Source: Tubulanus polymorphus (Eukaryota; Animalia; Nemertea). Taken from it: a DNA stretch of 64,000 nucleotides. The stretch spans positions 1,099,355 through 1,163,354 of the forward strand of contig NC_134030.1 of NCBI RefSeq assembly GCF_964204645.1, written 5' to 3'. Position 1 is the first letter of the stretch, and every line of letters begins with the position of its first letter. Both the position numbers and the translations under genes were made by a program. The notes below the pieces were generated by a model. That model ran no database searches and had not been told where the DNA came from. It saw only the letters and a program-made list of their open reading frames with translations. Positions 38,601 to 51,507 of this stretch are shown here, piece after piece.

Positions 38601-41600
38601 ATGGAGGAAGATTCGAGATGTGCAGATTCAAGTCCACCATGCGGACTCCGGCTCCGGCTCCGGCAGCTCAAGGTTCAGCCCGAACTCACACAATGCCATC
38701 TCAAGCATCCGTACTTTCTCAAGCGGCTACTAATGCTGTTTGGAGAACAAGTGCACAGCTCCAACATTCTCGTGCCCCTTCTGGTCAGAATAATTCTAGT
38801 TCATATCGGGGAATGCTCCTAAAAGGAGCTCTTCCTCTCGGAGAAACTCAAAATGAATGCTCGGGGCCAGTGAGAGGTTGTCTATAACGAGCAGCCACCT
38901 ACTGATCCGGCGTTCCCGGGTCGTATCACGGCGGCTACTGTCTTCAATTCTGAACACCTCCCGACATGCGCCCGAAAGCAGGTCACGAGACACTAATCTC
39001 GTTAGCTCTCAAAGATCTGGCCAAAAAGAGAGCAATAGAACCAGTACGGGACGAAGCCACATCCGGCTGGTTTTCATGAATATTTATGCTCCTGAAGACC
39101 ACAGGGCGTCGATGGACTGTCATTCCTCGAGTGGCACCTGGATATCCCGAGGCTTCCGATGACTAAAACAGGGAGGTAATTCAAGGTCTCCGTCGAGGTT
39201 AATGGGCGGCTTCATTGGACCTGAAAGATGTCAGGTTCCTATTCACCCGAAATCTCATCAATTGCACAGAATGAAGTGGAAACGCTGCCAGTTCCAGTTC
39301 AGGTCTCTTCCAGTCGGCCTCAGTACAGCCCACGCCCTGGGTATTTACCAGCTTGGGTCAAGTCCAGAAGGTACACTACACTCCAGGGCTGGGTTTCATA
39401 GATATGGAAGAAAAATAATTCCAGGGAACATTTTGAAATTTGTCAGTTATAACCATGGTTTCTCATTGTTAGTATGGTGGTTGAGGATTTATCCCTTTGG
39501 ATAACTTTGATACTCAGTCTATGAAACCGGGTCCTGGAGTATTTGTCTGTTGGTTTACCTCGACGACTGGTTACTAGTACCAAACTCGACTATAGAATGT
39601 CAGGAGGCGGTGACCGCTGTCGACCGCTGTCGTAGACTTAGTTCACCAGTTCCGCGTAAACTAAGTAAAATCTCACTTGATGCCGTCCCAACAGTTCACA
39701 TCTCCGGATCAGCACGGTCTTTCCGTCCATGGCTCGAGTAGCCAAACTTCAAGAAGCGTAGTTACCACAAACGAGAGGACAGCTAGTTATCGGTGACGCC
39801 TGTGGCTAAATGCAATACCGCACTGCCAGGGGTCGTATCTCTGGCTATCTACACATTCAGAGAATATTAACTAAAACCATAGGAAAGGGTCAAGCACTAC
39901 TCCGAAAAAAACTAATTTTATTTCCAAAAAATTATGATATTATATGGATTGCATGCTGTGTGGAAGAAGTTTTCAAAATTATTTAGGAGCTTATTATAAT
40001 TTGAATGCATGAATTGAGAGCAATTTGAAATGTGTTGATATCCGAAAGTGTTTCCATTGACTTCACTCATTCACCTGATGAAGCTTCTATACATTAGTAC
40101 CCAAAGCTTGTGTGTCAAATAAACTAGTTACACGTCCTATAAAGTATTACTTGTCTCGTTATATATTCTAAACCCCAGTTAACAATTCCAGTAAGTCAGG
40201 TTTAGGGAATAGATATTTAAACCTTGAGATGATACCGATGTGATACAATTCCAGTAACTCAGGTTTAGGGAATAGATATTTAAACCTTGAGATGATACCG
40301 ATGTGATACAATTCCAGTAAGTCAGGTTTAGGGAATAGATATTTAAACCTTGAGATGAAACCGATGTGATACAATCCCAGTAAGTCAGGTTTAGGGAATA
40401 GATATTTAAACCTTGAGATGATACCGATGTTATACAATTCCAGTAAGTCAGGTTTAGGGAATAGATATTTAAACCTTGAGATGAAACCGATGTGATACAA
40501 TTCCAGTAAGTCAGGTTTAGGGAATAGATATTTAAACCTTCAGATGATACCGATGTGATACAATTCCAGTAAGTCAGGTTTAGGGAATAGATATTTAAAC
40601 CTTCAGATGATACCGATGTAATACAATTCCAGTAAGTCAGGTTTAGGGAATAGATATTTAAACCTTGAGATGATACCGATGTTATACAATTCCAGTAAGT
40701 CAGGTTTAGGGAATAGATATTTAAACCTTGAGATTAAACCGATGTAATACAATTCCAGTAAGTCAGGTTTAGGGAATAGATATTTAAACCTTGAGATGAA
40801 ACCGATGTGATACAATCCCAGTAAGTCAGGTTTAGGGAATAGATATTTAAACCTTGAGATGAAACCGATGTGATACAATTCCAGTAAGTCAGGTTTAGGG
40901 AATAGATATTTAAACCTTCAGATGATACCGATGTGATACAATTCCAGTAAGTCAGGTTTAGGGAATAGATATTTAAACCTTCAGATGATACCGATGTGAT
41001 ACAATTCCAGTTAGTCAGGTTTAGGGAATAGATATTTAAACCTTCAGATGAAACCGATGTGATACAATTCCAGTAAGTCAGGTTTAGGGAATAGATATTT
41101 AAACCTTCAGATGAAACCGATGTAATACAATTCCAGTAAGTCAGGTTTAGGGAATAGATATTTAAACCTTGAGATGAAACCGATGTGATACAATTCCAGT
41201 AAGTCAGGTTTAGGGAATAGATATTTAAACCTTCAGATGATACCGATGTAATACAATTCCGGTAAGTCAGGTTTGATATTTAAACCTTGAGATGATACCG
41301 ATGAATTTAGCAATTTTGAATGAATTAAACCAATATGAGATTTCGATCCTAAGAATATTGGAAGCTTGTGTTTAACGTTACTAAATATTAATATTATATA
41401 AAGCTAGAAGGACACGAGCGTATCCATTTTTCGCCCGATCGCGACGATTAAATTCGCCGGTGAATTTATACGCCCGATACGAGCGGGTACCGATCTATCT
41501 ATAAATCGGCCGTCACGGTGATTTCGTCGCCCGCCGACATTAAACATGTTCGATATTTACGCCGGTGTTCGGGTCACTTGTTAATTCGCTCGGCTTGTCG

Positions 41601-44600
41601 GCAAGCTTAAAAAGATTTAGAAAAAACTAGAAATTCTCATTCCTGAATGAACTGGATTCATCTGGGTTCAGTTTCATGAGACACAGTTCAAACTGCTCTT
41701 GAATTTGAGTTTGTAATTAATGTATGTGATTATAATGAATTGTATTTTTGTTTTACAGCTTTGGCATTTCGGTTAAGTCGTGCGTTCCGGCGGGAGGAGT
41801 TCGTCAGAATATTTCTACCGGAGTGTAAGTAGTTTAACTATTTTCATACAATATCATTTAGTGTGACGTGTGTTACTGATTCAGGCACGGATCCAGGAAT
41901 GTTTCCAAGACGGGGTTCATAAAAATGCTGACTAAAATCTCTAATAATAGCCGGGGCCTATACGGCATATTTTTTGGCCAAACATAAGGCCTTTTTTTAA
42001 TAGCATGGTTTGGTTGCTCCCAAAATTTGAAGAAACATAAAATAAAAAAGAATTAGAAAAAAAATTTTTTATTCCTGTCTGTGAAACAAATTCAGTGAAA
42101 AACCGAGCAAAAAAGATTTTTCACCTCGGCCGAATGAGAATCCTGGATTGAACGATGAAACAATTGAAAAACGCGAGGTTCTTTTTTGATCGCAGTGTGC
42201 AGAATTCAAACTTTCCAAGAATCATTTGTTCGGACATATGTATATTGCCCTATTGACAGTTCCCTCTTCCTTCTAAAAGTGATTTTATCTCACTGAGGGA
42301 ATTTTTAAAAAATTTTCTCTGAAATGATATGGTAGCGTTTTTTTTTTTGCTTTAAAAATTTTTTGGTAGCCGATCAGCGGGGTCACGACCCCTGAAACCC
42401 TCCCTGGATCCGCGCCTATGATATCTCCTCAAAATCTGATAAAATCTTTCAATGAATTAATGCTGTAATGACGATATGTAGCCATCTGTCTATTTGAATG
42501 CATTTGCAAAAAGACAAAAAGAAATAGTAGCAGAATTTTGGCTAAAAGTTTAGAATACCCAAATTCAACATTGCTTGCAGCAGACGGAATTTCCGCCATT
42601 TTGGTTAACAGGGGATTCCCCCCTCCGGTACTTCCCATGATCAATAGTGTCTATGACGCGTTGCGTACGGAATGCCATGGAATTCCCTCACATGATTTAT
42701 GATAATAATGTTTACTTGCATTCTGATTGGTTAAAATCGCGTGTAGTTTGAACGTAGGCAATGTTTACATTTGTAACGTCACCGGCGAGTCGCTGACATT
42801 AACGTAGTCATTGAGTTAACATTATCTTGCACTGAATGGTGATATCAATCGCATTCATTTTATAAATATTTTGAATATGAATTTGTTTTTATATATCAAC
42901 TGCGAGTAACAGTGTTACGCTATTGAGTCTTAAGAGACAGCCTTTATGGACCTTATTGGTTGTTATAACTCACAAGCTGACTGAGTTAGCATTCTGGATC
43001 CGTCAGATTAGTTACTTCTAGAAAATATGTTAGTCACATTTTCTGACTATATTCTGGAAAACAGTGGAAGCTTGTATCCACCCTAGATTAGAACCAATCA
43101 GAATAGAACCAATCAGAATACACTATTTTACAGAAAATATATTTATGACAATTGCGTAAGGTTTTAGTAAAATAGTGTTTTTTCTCGAGTAGTTGCCGAA
43201 GAAGCATAAAAATTTGATTCAATTTCATTCAGATTTAAACAAACAAATCGAATTTCATTTCATTCAGCGCAAACTTCAAATCTAATTAAAATTTTGTTCA
43301 GTATGAATAAGTTGCAAATCATTGAGAGGAAAAAATAATTAATTGTGTTACTTAAAAAAATCACAATTGTACTGTGTTTATCAAAACAGGAGACCACAGG
43401 ACCTTTGGTCCTCTAGTATTCTTTTCCTAGTTATTCCAAAAACACTAAAACAGTCCAATCAATGATCGCTGCCAGACCAACACGATTACATTGAAATCAA
43501 ACTTAAGTAACATCAGGCGCCCCCTGTTGGAATAATATTCATAGCCGTAGCATCGAAACCATTCGACTTGTTGTTTAATGTATTTCTCTCTATTTTTATT
43601 TTACAGTGATGAACATTTTAGAAGAATGTCCGTTTGGGGACTTGGTGGGGGAATTCAAAAGAAACTTGGTTCCCGATAGGATACCACCACCGGTTAATCC
43701 TATATCGCCCGCTGCTGCCCCTCCCCCACGTCCATTAAATTCGCCTCAGCAGCGGCCTGTCAGACAGCCGCCCCCGGCCGCCACTCGTTCGTCAGACAGA
43801 GTCCGGGGACGGCTGTTTGAAGGAGATCTGACGGAGGTAAGAATCTTTATTTGTATTCATATTTTATTCAGGATATCAGTTGAAGTTCAGCAAATAAATT
43901 ACCAGACCTGTAAACAGAAGAGTAGTCATAAATTTCCATTTGCGGGTAAAACCCCATAGTCGAAAACCTTCGGTTATTGATCTATATCTGCTTAAGACCA
44001 ATGGTTGTACACACGAGTGCGAAAACTTATCGCTCAAACTTTGATTGTATCCATGGTAACACGTACAGTATACTATGCGTGACTTACCGTTTCCTATCAC
44101 TGGAATACAATACTGTTTTTGACCATGAGCGCCATCTGCGGCGGTCATAACGGACTGACTGGTGATTGGCTGAAATGCTCGTCTACCGTGGTGACGATTA
44201 TTCGGTGTTACACGTGCAGCAGACACGTCTCTGAATATCTAACATTTGATTGTTGTAACTCATCGGGAAAAATATGTTTATGAGTCGATTTTTTGTCGAA
44301 ATTTTGTTCGGCAGAAAATTGGCTGCGTACGTCAAGAAGGCGGCTGATATTTGTATCGTGTGACCCCTCGTCCCGGTAATATGCCGACCCACGTACACCT
44401 GAGACCAGTTGCATAGTCAGAGCTTAGAATTAAGACCGTTCTAAGACCAACTTAGTTCTATAGCCAATCTAATAACTTAAGACCAGTCTTTAGATTTAAG
44501 ACCACTTTTGGACTTAAGTCTTGACCATGGAATCGGCCCCAGATGCTTATTCCGCTGTATTGGATGCTGACGTGCTCGTGTCTTCCAGCAATGTTGTTAT

Positions 44601-45363
44601 TCACCAAAAATATCATGTTTTGTTCGAATAACACGATTCATCTGAGTCTGGGTTTAACGGATGACACGTTCAAACAGAACTACGAAATCAATATCAGAAG
44701 TCCTTTTATATTGAAACGGTCCCAGAAGTCCCTGTTATAATGGGTACTTTTTCAAAAAAAGTAACGAGAACTCCGATGGCTTTCCGTATCGGTAAAAACT
44801 AACTATTTCTATGAGCGTCACTCGTAGATTTACCGAAACGCCACCTTGTGACACGATATCCTAACTACGTATAGGTGTTTTATTTGCTGAATCGCTGGTT
44901 TCTCATTCTCATTTTTTATACTTGTGTTTAATTTTATACTAAACAAATTTTTCACTTTTTCTCTTTACAGACACGACCACCGCCAAAAAAAACTAGGACA
45001 AAAAGGAAAAGAAAAGTTGCGGTCGTCGTGGCTCCGCAGGGAGGAGGAGCAAGAGTGGTCCCGGCGGATGGTGCGGCTGAAGAAGGTAATCGGGAGGAAG
45101 GGGAGGGGATAAATAGGAAGCGGCCGAGGAGGGATGGTGGTGGGGCTGGGGATGGTGCGGGTCCTGCTCCTCCTGCTCCTCCATCCGTATCTCGGGCGGT
45201 CACTCGTTCACTCGCCAAAAAGCTGGCGAGTGAACGAGTGGCCCGAGAGGTAGAGGTGGTGGCCCGACATACGGATGGAATGTGGGAGGAGCGGCTTCGT
45301 TCGGGGACAATTCCGGATTTGTTAACTGATTTAAAAAATATTCTTTCAGTGAAGGGATATTAG
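29677..45363 (+). CDS. Spliced gene, 340-aa uncharacterised low-complexity, probably nuclear protein (polyQ, polyS, S/T-P rich, NLS); complete copy
   Basis: join(29677-29739,30904-30993,31403-31441,31818-31844,33737-33775,33986-34061,41759-41824,43607-43836,44971-45363) = 1023 nt. Every exon has a pyrimidine tract+AG acceptor and every internal junction a GTAAG donor. Intron phases 0,0,0,0,0,1,1,0 give no stop: MPKANKKTRGVGPSTSSPYNK/GTAQ17KFNISMSGID/FLPTTPPSGVSTP/DLSPIQHVD/RQFASQARSPSLN/LSNNS7APLPPETPPDLQAR/TLAFRLSRAFRREEFVRIFLPE/LMNILEECPFG..FEGDLTE/TRPPPKKTRTKRKRKV..LSVKGY*. Confidence 0.85.
29802..29914. mobile_element. Short palindromic MITE (copy B 63040-63152)
   Basis: TIRs CTGGGTCCAGTTTCACAAA / TTTGTGAAACTGGGCCCTG. 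Confidence 0.78.
30163..30762. promoter_or_regulatory. Cluster of RFX X-box-like motifs plus CRE
   Basis: GTCGCTATGGAAAC 30163, GTATCCATGGCAAC 30199, GTTCCCATGGCGAT 30252, TGACGTCA 30323, GTTGCTATGGAAAC 30702, GTAACCAGTGGCAAC 30748. Confidence 0.4.
32634..33270. promoter_or_regulatory. Cluster of CTCF-like motifs
   Basis: CCGTTAGATGGCGC (32634) and CCACCAGATGGCGC (32695); reverse-oriented GCGCCATCTA (33165) and GCTCCATCTA (33219). Confidence 0.5.
32671..32979. mobile_element. MITE-like element with perfect 12-bp TIR, carrying a CTCF-like site
   Basis: GGGATACCCGCA ... TGCGGGTATCCC; no clear TSD. Confidence 0.6.
33368..33586. mobile_element. hAT-like MITE remnant
   Basis: CAGGTCCGTAGC ... 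GCTACGTTCCTG termini. Confidence 0.5.
34925..35735. repeat. Same minisatellite, copy B (continues 36941-37200)
   Basis: Same unit, about 500 bp shorter than in copy A. Confidence 0.95.
35736..36940. mobile_element. Non-autonomous DNA transposon with CAGGGTTC termini and 5-bp TSD (hAT5-like)
   Basis: CTGAA|CAGGGTTC...GAACCCTG|CTGAA, inserted in the minisatellite, with subterminal GCTTGAAA repeats at both ends. Confidence 0.8.
40182..41303. repeat. 63-bp satellite, ~18 units (copy B)
   Basis: Same unit and flanks. Confidence 0.97.
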
Positions 45364-48300
45364 GTGCCTTGAACGCATGAGTCGTTCATGCGCGCCTAAT
45401 ATGCCTTCACTGAAAAAAATCAACTATAACATGTACCACATATTTTTTGATTTAATTTTAGTCCAATTCCACAATTATTTCGGCTTACAATAGTGTCTTC
45501 AATTCTTTAAAGCCCAAAGCACCTTTTTGACTCAACATCCAGTATGAAGGTGGCCGGGAATCGGGCCTGTTTTCTTCCATTTTTGTATCCCGCCCAGCAT
45601 ACTGGTTGTTGACTCGAAAAGGTGCTCGCTCTGGGAGCTTATCAAAGGCAGGTGATGGGAAAGGTGCCATCACACACTCTCCTTTGATAAGTTTCCTAGA
45701 GTGTCACGGGCTTTAACGGGTTGAATTCACTATAATACCAATTTTCCAAAATCAATTTAATTTCTTTCAGGCCATTCTTTTTCCATGTTTTTCTGGTACA
45801 TGTTATGGTTGATTTCCATTTTCTAAAATCCGGAATTGAAGCCGTTCGAAGTCGGGGGGATGGTGGTGGGGTTGGGTTAGTTTAGGGTTCCTCTCTGATT
45901 ACCTTCTTTAGCTCATCATCCGTGCAGGTGGCGCTTGCTCTTCTAGCCGGTGTTCCCTGGGGTAAACATTTTAAATTTAAAAAATCAAAAATAAAAAAAA
46001 AATTATAAAATCTTTAAAAATCTCATCTCATTTCATCCAATTTATTTATTTGCGGGTGCGATGCCTATCGCACCCATTCATGTCATCCATCAAAAAAAAA
46101 ATTAAAACTAAAAACGAAAAAAAATATAAAAATTTAAAAAATCTCATCTCATTTCATCCAATTTATTTATTTGCGGGTGCGATCCCTATCGCACCCATTC
46201 ATGTCATTCATCCAAAAAAAAATAAAAAACTAAAAACGAAAAAAAAATGTAAAAATTAAAAAAATCTCATCTCATTTCATCCAATTTATTTATTTGCGGG
46301 TGCGATTCCTATCGCACCCATTCATGTCATTCATCCAAAAAAAAATAAAAAACTAAAAACGAAAAAAAAATATTAAAATTAAAAAATCTCATCTCATTTC
46401 ATCCAATTTATTTATTTGCGGGTGCGATTCCTATCGCACCCATTCATGTCATTCATCAAAAAAAAATTAAAACTAAAAACGAAAAAAAATATAAAAATTT
46501 AAAAAATCTCATCTCATTTCATCCAATTTATTTATTTGCGGGTGCGATTCCTATCGCACCCATTCATGTCATTCATCCAAAAAAAATTTAAAAACTAGAA
46601 ATTAAAGTTCTAAGTTTGTTGTTAGATTCTATTCAAAGAACGTTGTAAAGTTCTTAATTTGTCGTAAAAAACGTTAGAAAAAAAGAACTTCTTAAAGTTC
46701 TCAATCTGCCGTAAAATGCAATTGAAAAGATTATAACTCACATGAAAATTAAAAAGATAAAATAATTGATAAATAATCATTAATAAAAATTGAACTTTGG
46801 TCTCGCAATGTTTCCCCGTTATGCATTTTTTACTCGTCGTCAAACATCGGCAGCTCATCGTCGATACTCGCAGCTCGATACACACCAGCAGCTTGTCGTC
46901 GATACACACCAGCAGCTCGATACACACCAGCAGCTTGTCGTCGATACTCACCAGCAGCTCGATTCACACCAGCAGTTCGTCGTTGATACACACCAGCAGT
47001 TCGTCGTCAATACACACCAGCAGTTCGTCGTCGATACACACCAGCAGTTCGTCATCTATACACACCAGCAGTTTGTCGTCGATACACACCAGCAGTTCGT
47101 CGTCGATACACACCAGCAGTTCGTCGTCGATACACACCAGCAGCTCGATACTCAGCAGCAGTTTGATACACACCAGCAGCTCGTCAATACACACCAGCAG
47201 TTCGTCGTCGATACACACCAGCAGCTCGTCGTCGATACACACCAGCCGCTCGATACTCACAGCTCGATACACACCAGCAGCTCGTCGATACACACCAGCA
47301 GCTCGATACTCACCAGCAGCTCGATACACACCAGCAGCTCGTCGTCGATACACACCAGCAGCTTGATACCAAAACAGCTTTTAGCTGGTGAAAACCTACC
47401 CCCCATCGGGGTTAAACATGATCAAGCTATTATTCTAGGAATATAACTGTTGCAAGGGAAGTTAAGATTCATTAACCTAAACTTGATACAAAGAGATTAT
47501 TGCTAATTATGAATTTCAAGGGTTTAAAAACTGATTTAAAAATCTTGAAAGACGCTCGGTCTCACTAGAGATTTTCATCTTAAAGATTTATTGTCCTCTT
47601 ACTATTGTTTAGGTGATCTATAATTTGGTAAATGCTGCTGTTGGAAAGATGCCAGAAGAAAGTTGATTCGTGCACATCTTCACTTCACGTATTTATTGCA
47701 CAAGGCGCCGACTTGCACCTGCACTACACCATTCACACTTCACCACTTCTGCATCTTTATCAATTAATTCTGGCATCTATTTGAAAATTACTTTAAACAT
47801 CAGATCTCAAACTGAAACATTGAGGTATTGAATTTCAAACTGAAATATCGAGCTATCGAATCTCGATCTCAAATGTTTACTGGAAGCCATATTTGATGTT
47901 GTATTATTCATCATAGATTGTTTAGTGTTTTCTGGCATATGCGGGCCATTTAAGATGGTCAGATAAATTCCCCGGTGGAAAATATATCTCGTGGAAGAGT
48001 CATGGAAATGAAAAATATCTTATGTAGATGTGAAGTTAGGAACCTTGCAACAGTTATTCCACCTGAGGATAATTTGATATAAGATGAATCAGTTATTGGA
48101 TCATTTAACTGAAGCCAAATATAGTGAAAATCTTAGTAAAAATTTGTCTCAAACTACAATTGAAAGGACTTATCACAGTTCTAATTCGACTCTAGGTGCG
48201 TTCAGAAGAACTTCTTAACAGTGAAAAAACTTGACTAAAAATCAGGAATCGACCCTGTTCATTGATAAGATTTGATCTTTATTTGAAGATTAAGAATCAA

Positions 48301-49429
48301 ACTCGCTAATTCACAATTTTTGGTAGTAAATACTGTTGATCCATCATATTCGCAGCCCCCCGTGGGCTTACCAATCCATCATACGTGCAGCCACTTTGCG
48401 CTTACCAGTCTATCATACTCGCAGCCCCAGTGGGCTTTTCGATCCATCATACGTGCAGCCCCCGTGGGCTTACCAGTCCATCATACTCGCAGCCCCAGTG
48501 GGCTTATCAATCCATCATACGCGCAGCCCCCTTGGGCTTATCAATGAGAAACATTCAGACATAGTAACCGTTTTACTCGTGCTTTTCAACGACACCGTCT
48601 TATCACTCTGTAGAACGGCGATCGCAGCGTGAAATTTGTAATCGTATTTCTCCGCTGAATTTGAATATTTGATACGCGACGCGCGTGATTGAAGCTTTGT
48701 TTATGTTCGTGCTTGCCGCGATGAATTGTCATAAATATATCCTCCGTACAGGAGGACCATGAAAAGGTTTGAAGGGATCCCTAGTTAGCGCTTGTCCAGG
48801 TTTGGCTCTGGACCCGCTTGTTCGACTAGGCATCTTGTTGGAAATTTTGTCGACTGAAACTTCCGTAACTTTCGTTTTAGACCTCGCTGCTCGAAGAGCC
48901 GTTGCTGCGTCGGTTACTGTCATGCTTCGGCACAATTTTGAACGATTGTTGGAAACCGCCTTGTTCTTCTGCTGCAGATGTTGACTGTGTCGTACCCATA
49001 GTAAAGTAGCCATCTTAAATTCAAATAGTTTCGGACATTTGAGGTCCTCATCAACTCCGAGTCTTCATTCAACTGCAGTTACTGCCATTTGCCAGTGTCT
49101 GATGTAGAAGTTCTGACTTGACATTTTGATTTTCAGAATTAAGACCTTTTTTCTATTAAAGAAATTAGATATTGGTTAAAAAGAAATTAGATATTGGTTA
49201 AAAAACAAGTGAATAATTGTTTGTAAGAAAAAAGAAAATCATGTTAGAAAAAAATATAGATGTAAAAAAATATAGATGTAAGAAAAAAAAAGTATATTGT
49301 AAATCGACGAGACGACAGAACCAGCATCAGCAACAACAACATCAGAGGAAGCAGTAACCAGTTATTTATCAGCTCCATAAATTACTGAAACGAAATCCAC
49401 AACTCGGAAACCAACCACACTCAACTCTA

Positions 49430-51507
49430 GAATTGTTCATACAACTGTCAACATGGAGTTCATCTCACAAGCAAATTAGGTAATTATCTTATGAAATTGT
49501 ATGAATTGCCAATTTAACATTTTTGCATTTCAAGTAGGTGTAATTGAATGTTTGTCAACCTTACTCTTATAAAACTGTGTTAACCGTTGAACAGGATTCT
49601 AAGACTGTGCAGAAAACCCGTTATCGCTGCTTTGCAGCTATAATTATCTGATAAATTAGTATGGAATGCCAATTTTACATTTTTGCATTTAAGTTTAAGT
49701 GAGTTTAAAATCACGTTTCATTTGTTGTTTATTTTGTCTTTTCAGTTTTCAATTTGCCGAGATCAGTCGTCAAAAACTGTTACAACGGAAACTAAGATAA
49801 CAAAGACTTGATTTGGCAAAGATTGAAGAAATCCTGCGAAAAGATTATTCATGAATTGTTCATACAACTGTCAACATGGAGTTCATCTCACAAGCAAATT
49901 AGGTAATTATCTTATGAAATTGTATGAATTGCCAATTTAACATTTTTGCATTTCAAGTAGGTGTAATTGAATGTTTGTCAACCTTACTCTTATAAAACTG
50001 TGTTAACCGTTGAACAGGATTCTAAGACTGTGCAGAAAACCCGTTATCGCTGCTTTGCAGCTATAATTATCTGATAAATTAGTATGGAATGCCAATTTTA
50101 CATTTTTGCATTTAAGTTTAAGTGAGTTTAAAATCACGTTTCATTTGTTGTTTATTTTGTCTTTTCAGTTTTCAATTTGCCGAGATCAGTCGTCAAAAAC
50201 TGTTACAACGGAAACTAAGATAACAAAGACTTGATTTGGCAAAGATTGAAGAAATCCTGCGAAAAGATTATTCATGAATTGTTCATACAACTGTCAACAC
50301 GGAGTTCATCTCACAAGCAAATTAGGTAATTATCTTGTGATTTTGAAAGAAATGCTAATTTTTACTCGTTAATTTTTTACAAATAAGTTGACTTTGAAAT
50401 CTTTATTAATTTCTTGTTTATTTTGTTTTTTCAGTTTTCAATTTGCCGAGATCAGTCATCAAAAACTGTTACAACGGAAACTAAGATAACAAAGACTTGA
50501 TTCGGCAAAGATTGAAGAAATCCTGCGAAAAGCTTATTCAAGAATTGTTCATATAACTGTCAACATGGAGTTCATCTCACAAGCAAATTAGGTAGTTATC
50601 TTATGATTTTGTATGAAATGCTAATTTTTACTCGTTAATTTTTTACAAATAAGTTGACTTTGAAATCTTTATTAATTTCTTGTTTATTTTGTTTTTTCAG
50701 TTTTCAATTTGCCGAGATCAGTCATCAAAAATTGTTACAACGGAAACTAAGATAACAAAGACTTGATTTTGCAAAGATTGAAGAAATCCTGCGAAAAGCT
50801 TATTCATGAACTGTTCATACAACTGTCAACATGGAGTTCATCTCACAAGCAAATTAGGTAGTTATCTTATGATTTTGTATGAAATGCTAATTTTTACTCG
50901 TTAATTTTTTACAAATAAGTTGACTTTGAAATCTTTATTAATTTCTTGTTTATTTTGTTTTTTCAGTCTTCAATTTGCCGAGATCAGTCATAAAAAAACT
51001 GTTACAACGGAAACTAAGATAACAAAGACTTGATTTGGCAAAGATTGAAGAAATCCTGCGAAGAGATTATTCAAGAATTGTTCATACAACTGTCAACATG
51101 GAGTTCATCTCACAAACAAATTAGGTAATTATCTTATGATTTGTATGAAATGCTAATTTTTACATTTAAGTTTAAATGAGTTTAAAATCACGTTTCATTT
51201 GTTGTTTATTTTGTCTTTTCAGTTTTCAATTTGCCGAGATCAGTCGTCAGAAAACTGTTACAATGGAAACTAAGATAACAAAGACTTGATTTCGGCAAAG
51301 ATTGAAGAAATCCTGAGAAGAGATTATTCATGAATTGTTCATACAACTGTCAACATGGAGTTCATCTCACAAGCAAATTAGGTAATTATCTTATGATTTT
51401 GTATGAAATGCTAAATTTTACTCGTTATTTTTTTACTAATAAGTTGACTTTGAAATCTTTATTTATTTCTTGTTTATTTTGTCTTTTCAGTTTTGAATTT
51501 GCCGAGA
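49430..51507 (+). repeat. Same exon/intron repeat, copy B (7 pairs; the long first unit is duplicated)
   Basis: The 423-bp first unit is present twice. Confidence 0.85.

Larger units (their letters stand above)
34528..39790 (+). mobile_element. Degenerate DIRS-type (tyrosine-recombinase) retrotransposon in an intron, interrupted by satellite and nested elements
   Basis: Cys/Trp gag-like N-terminus at 34528-34720 (EGCGHLFG..LCSSCW..TCGLWSEDLWVRA). Frameshifted RT at ~38850-39790: WAASLDLKD, QVPIHPKS..FQFRSLPVGLSTA, VYLDDWLL, FRVN*VKSHLMPSQQFT. YLDDWL is typical of DIRS1-like RTs. Confidence 0.85.

Noticed and set aside
43795-43825. VRGRLFE as a cyclin-docking RxL motif
   Set aside because: The residue two before L is G, so it does not meet the RxL consensus.
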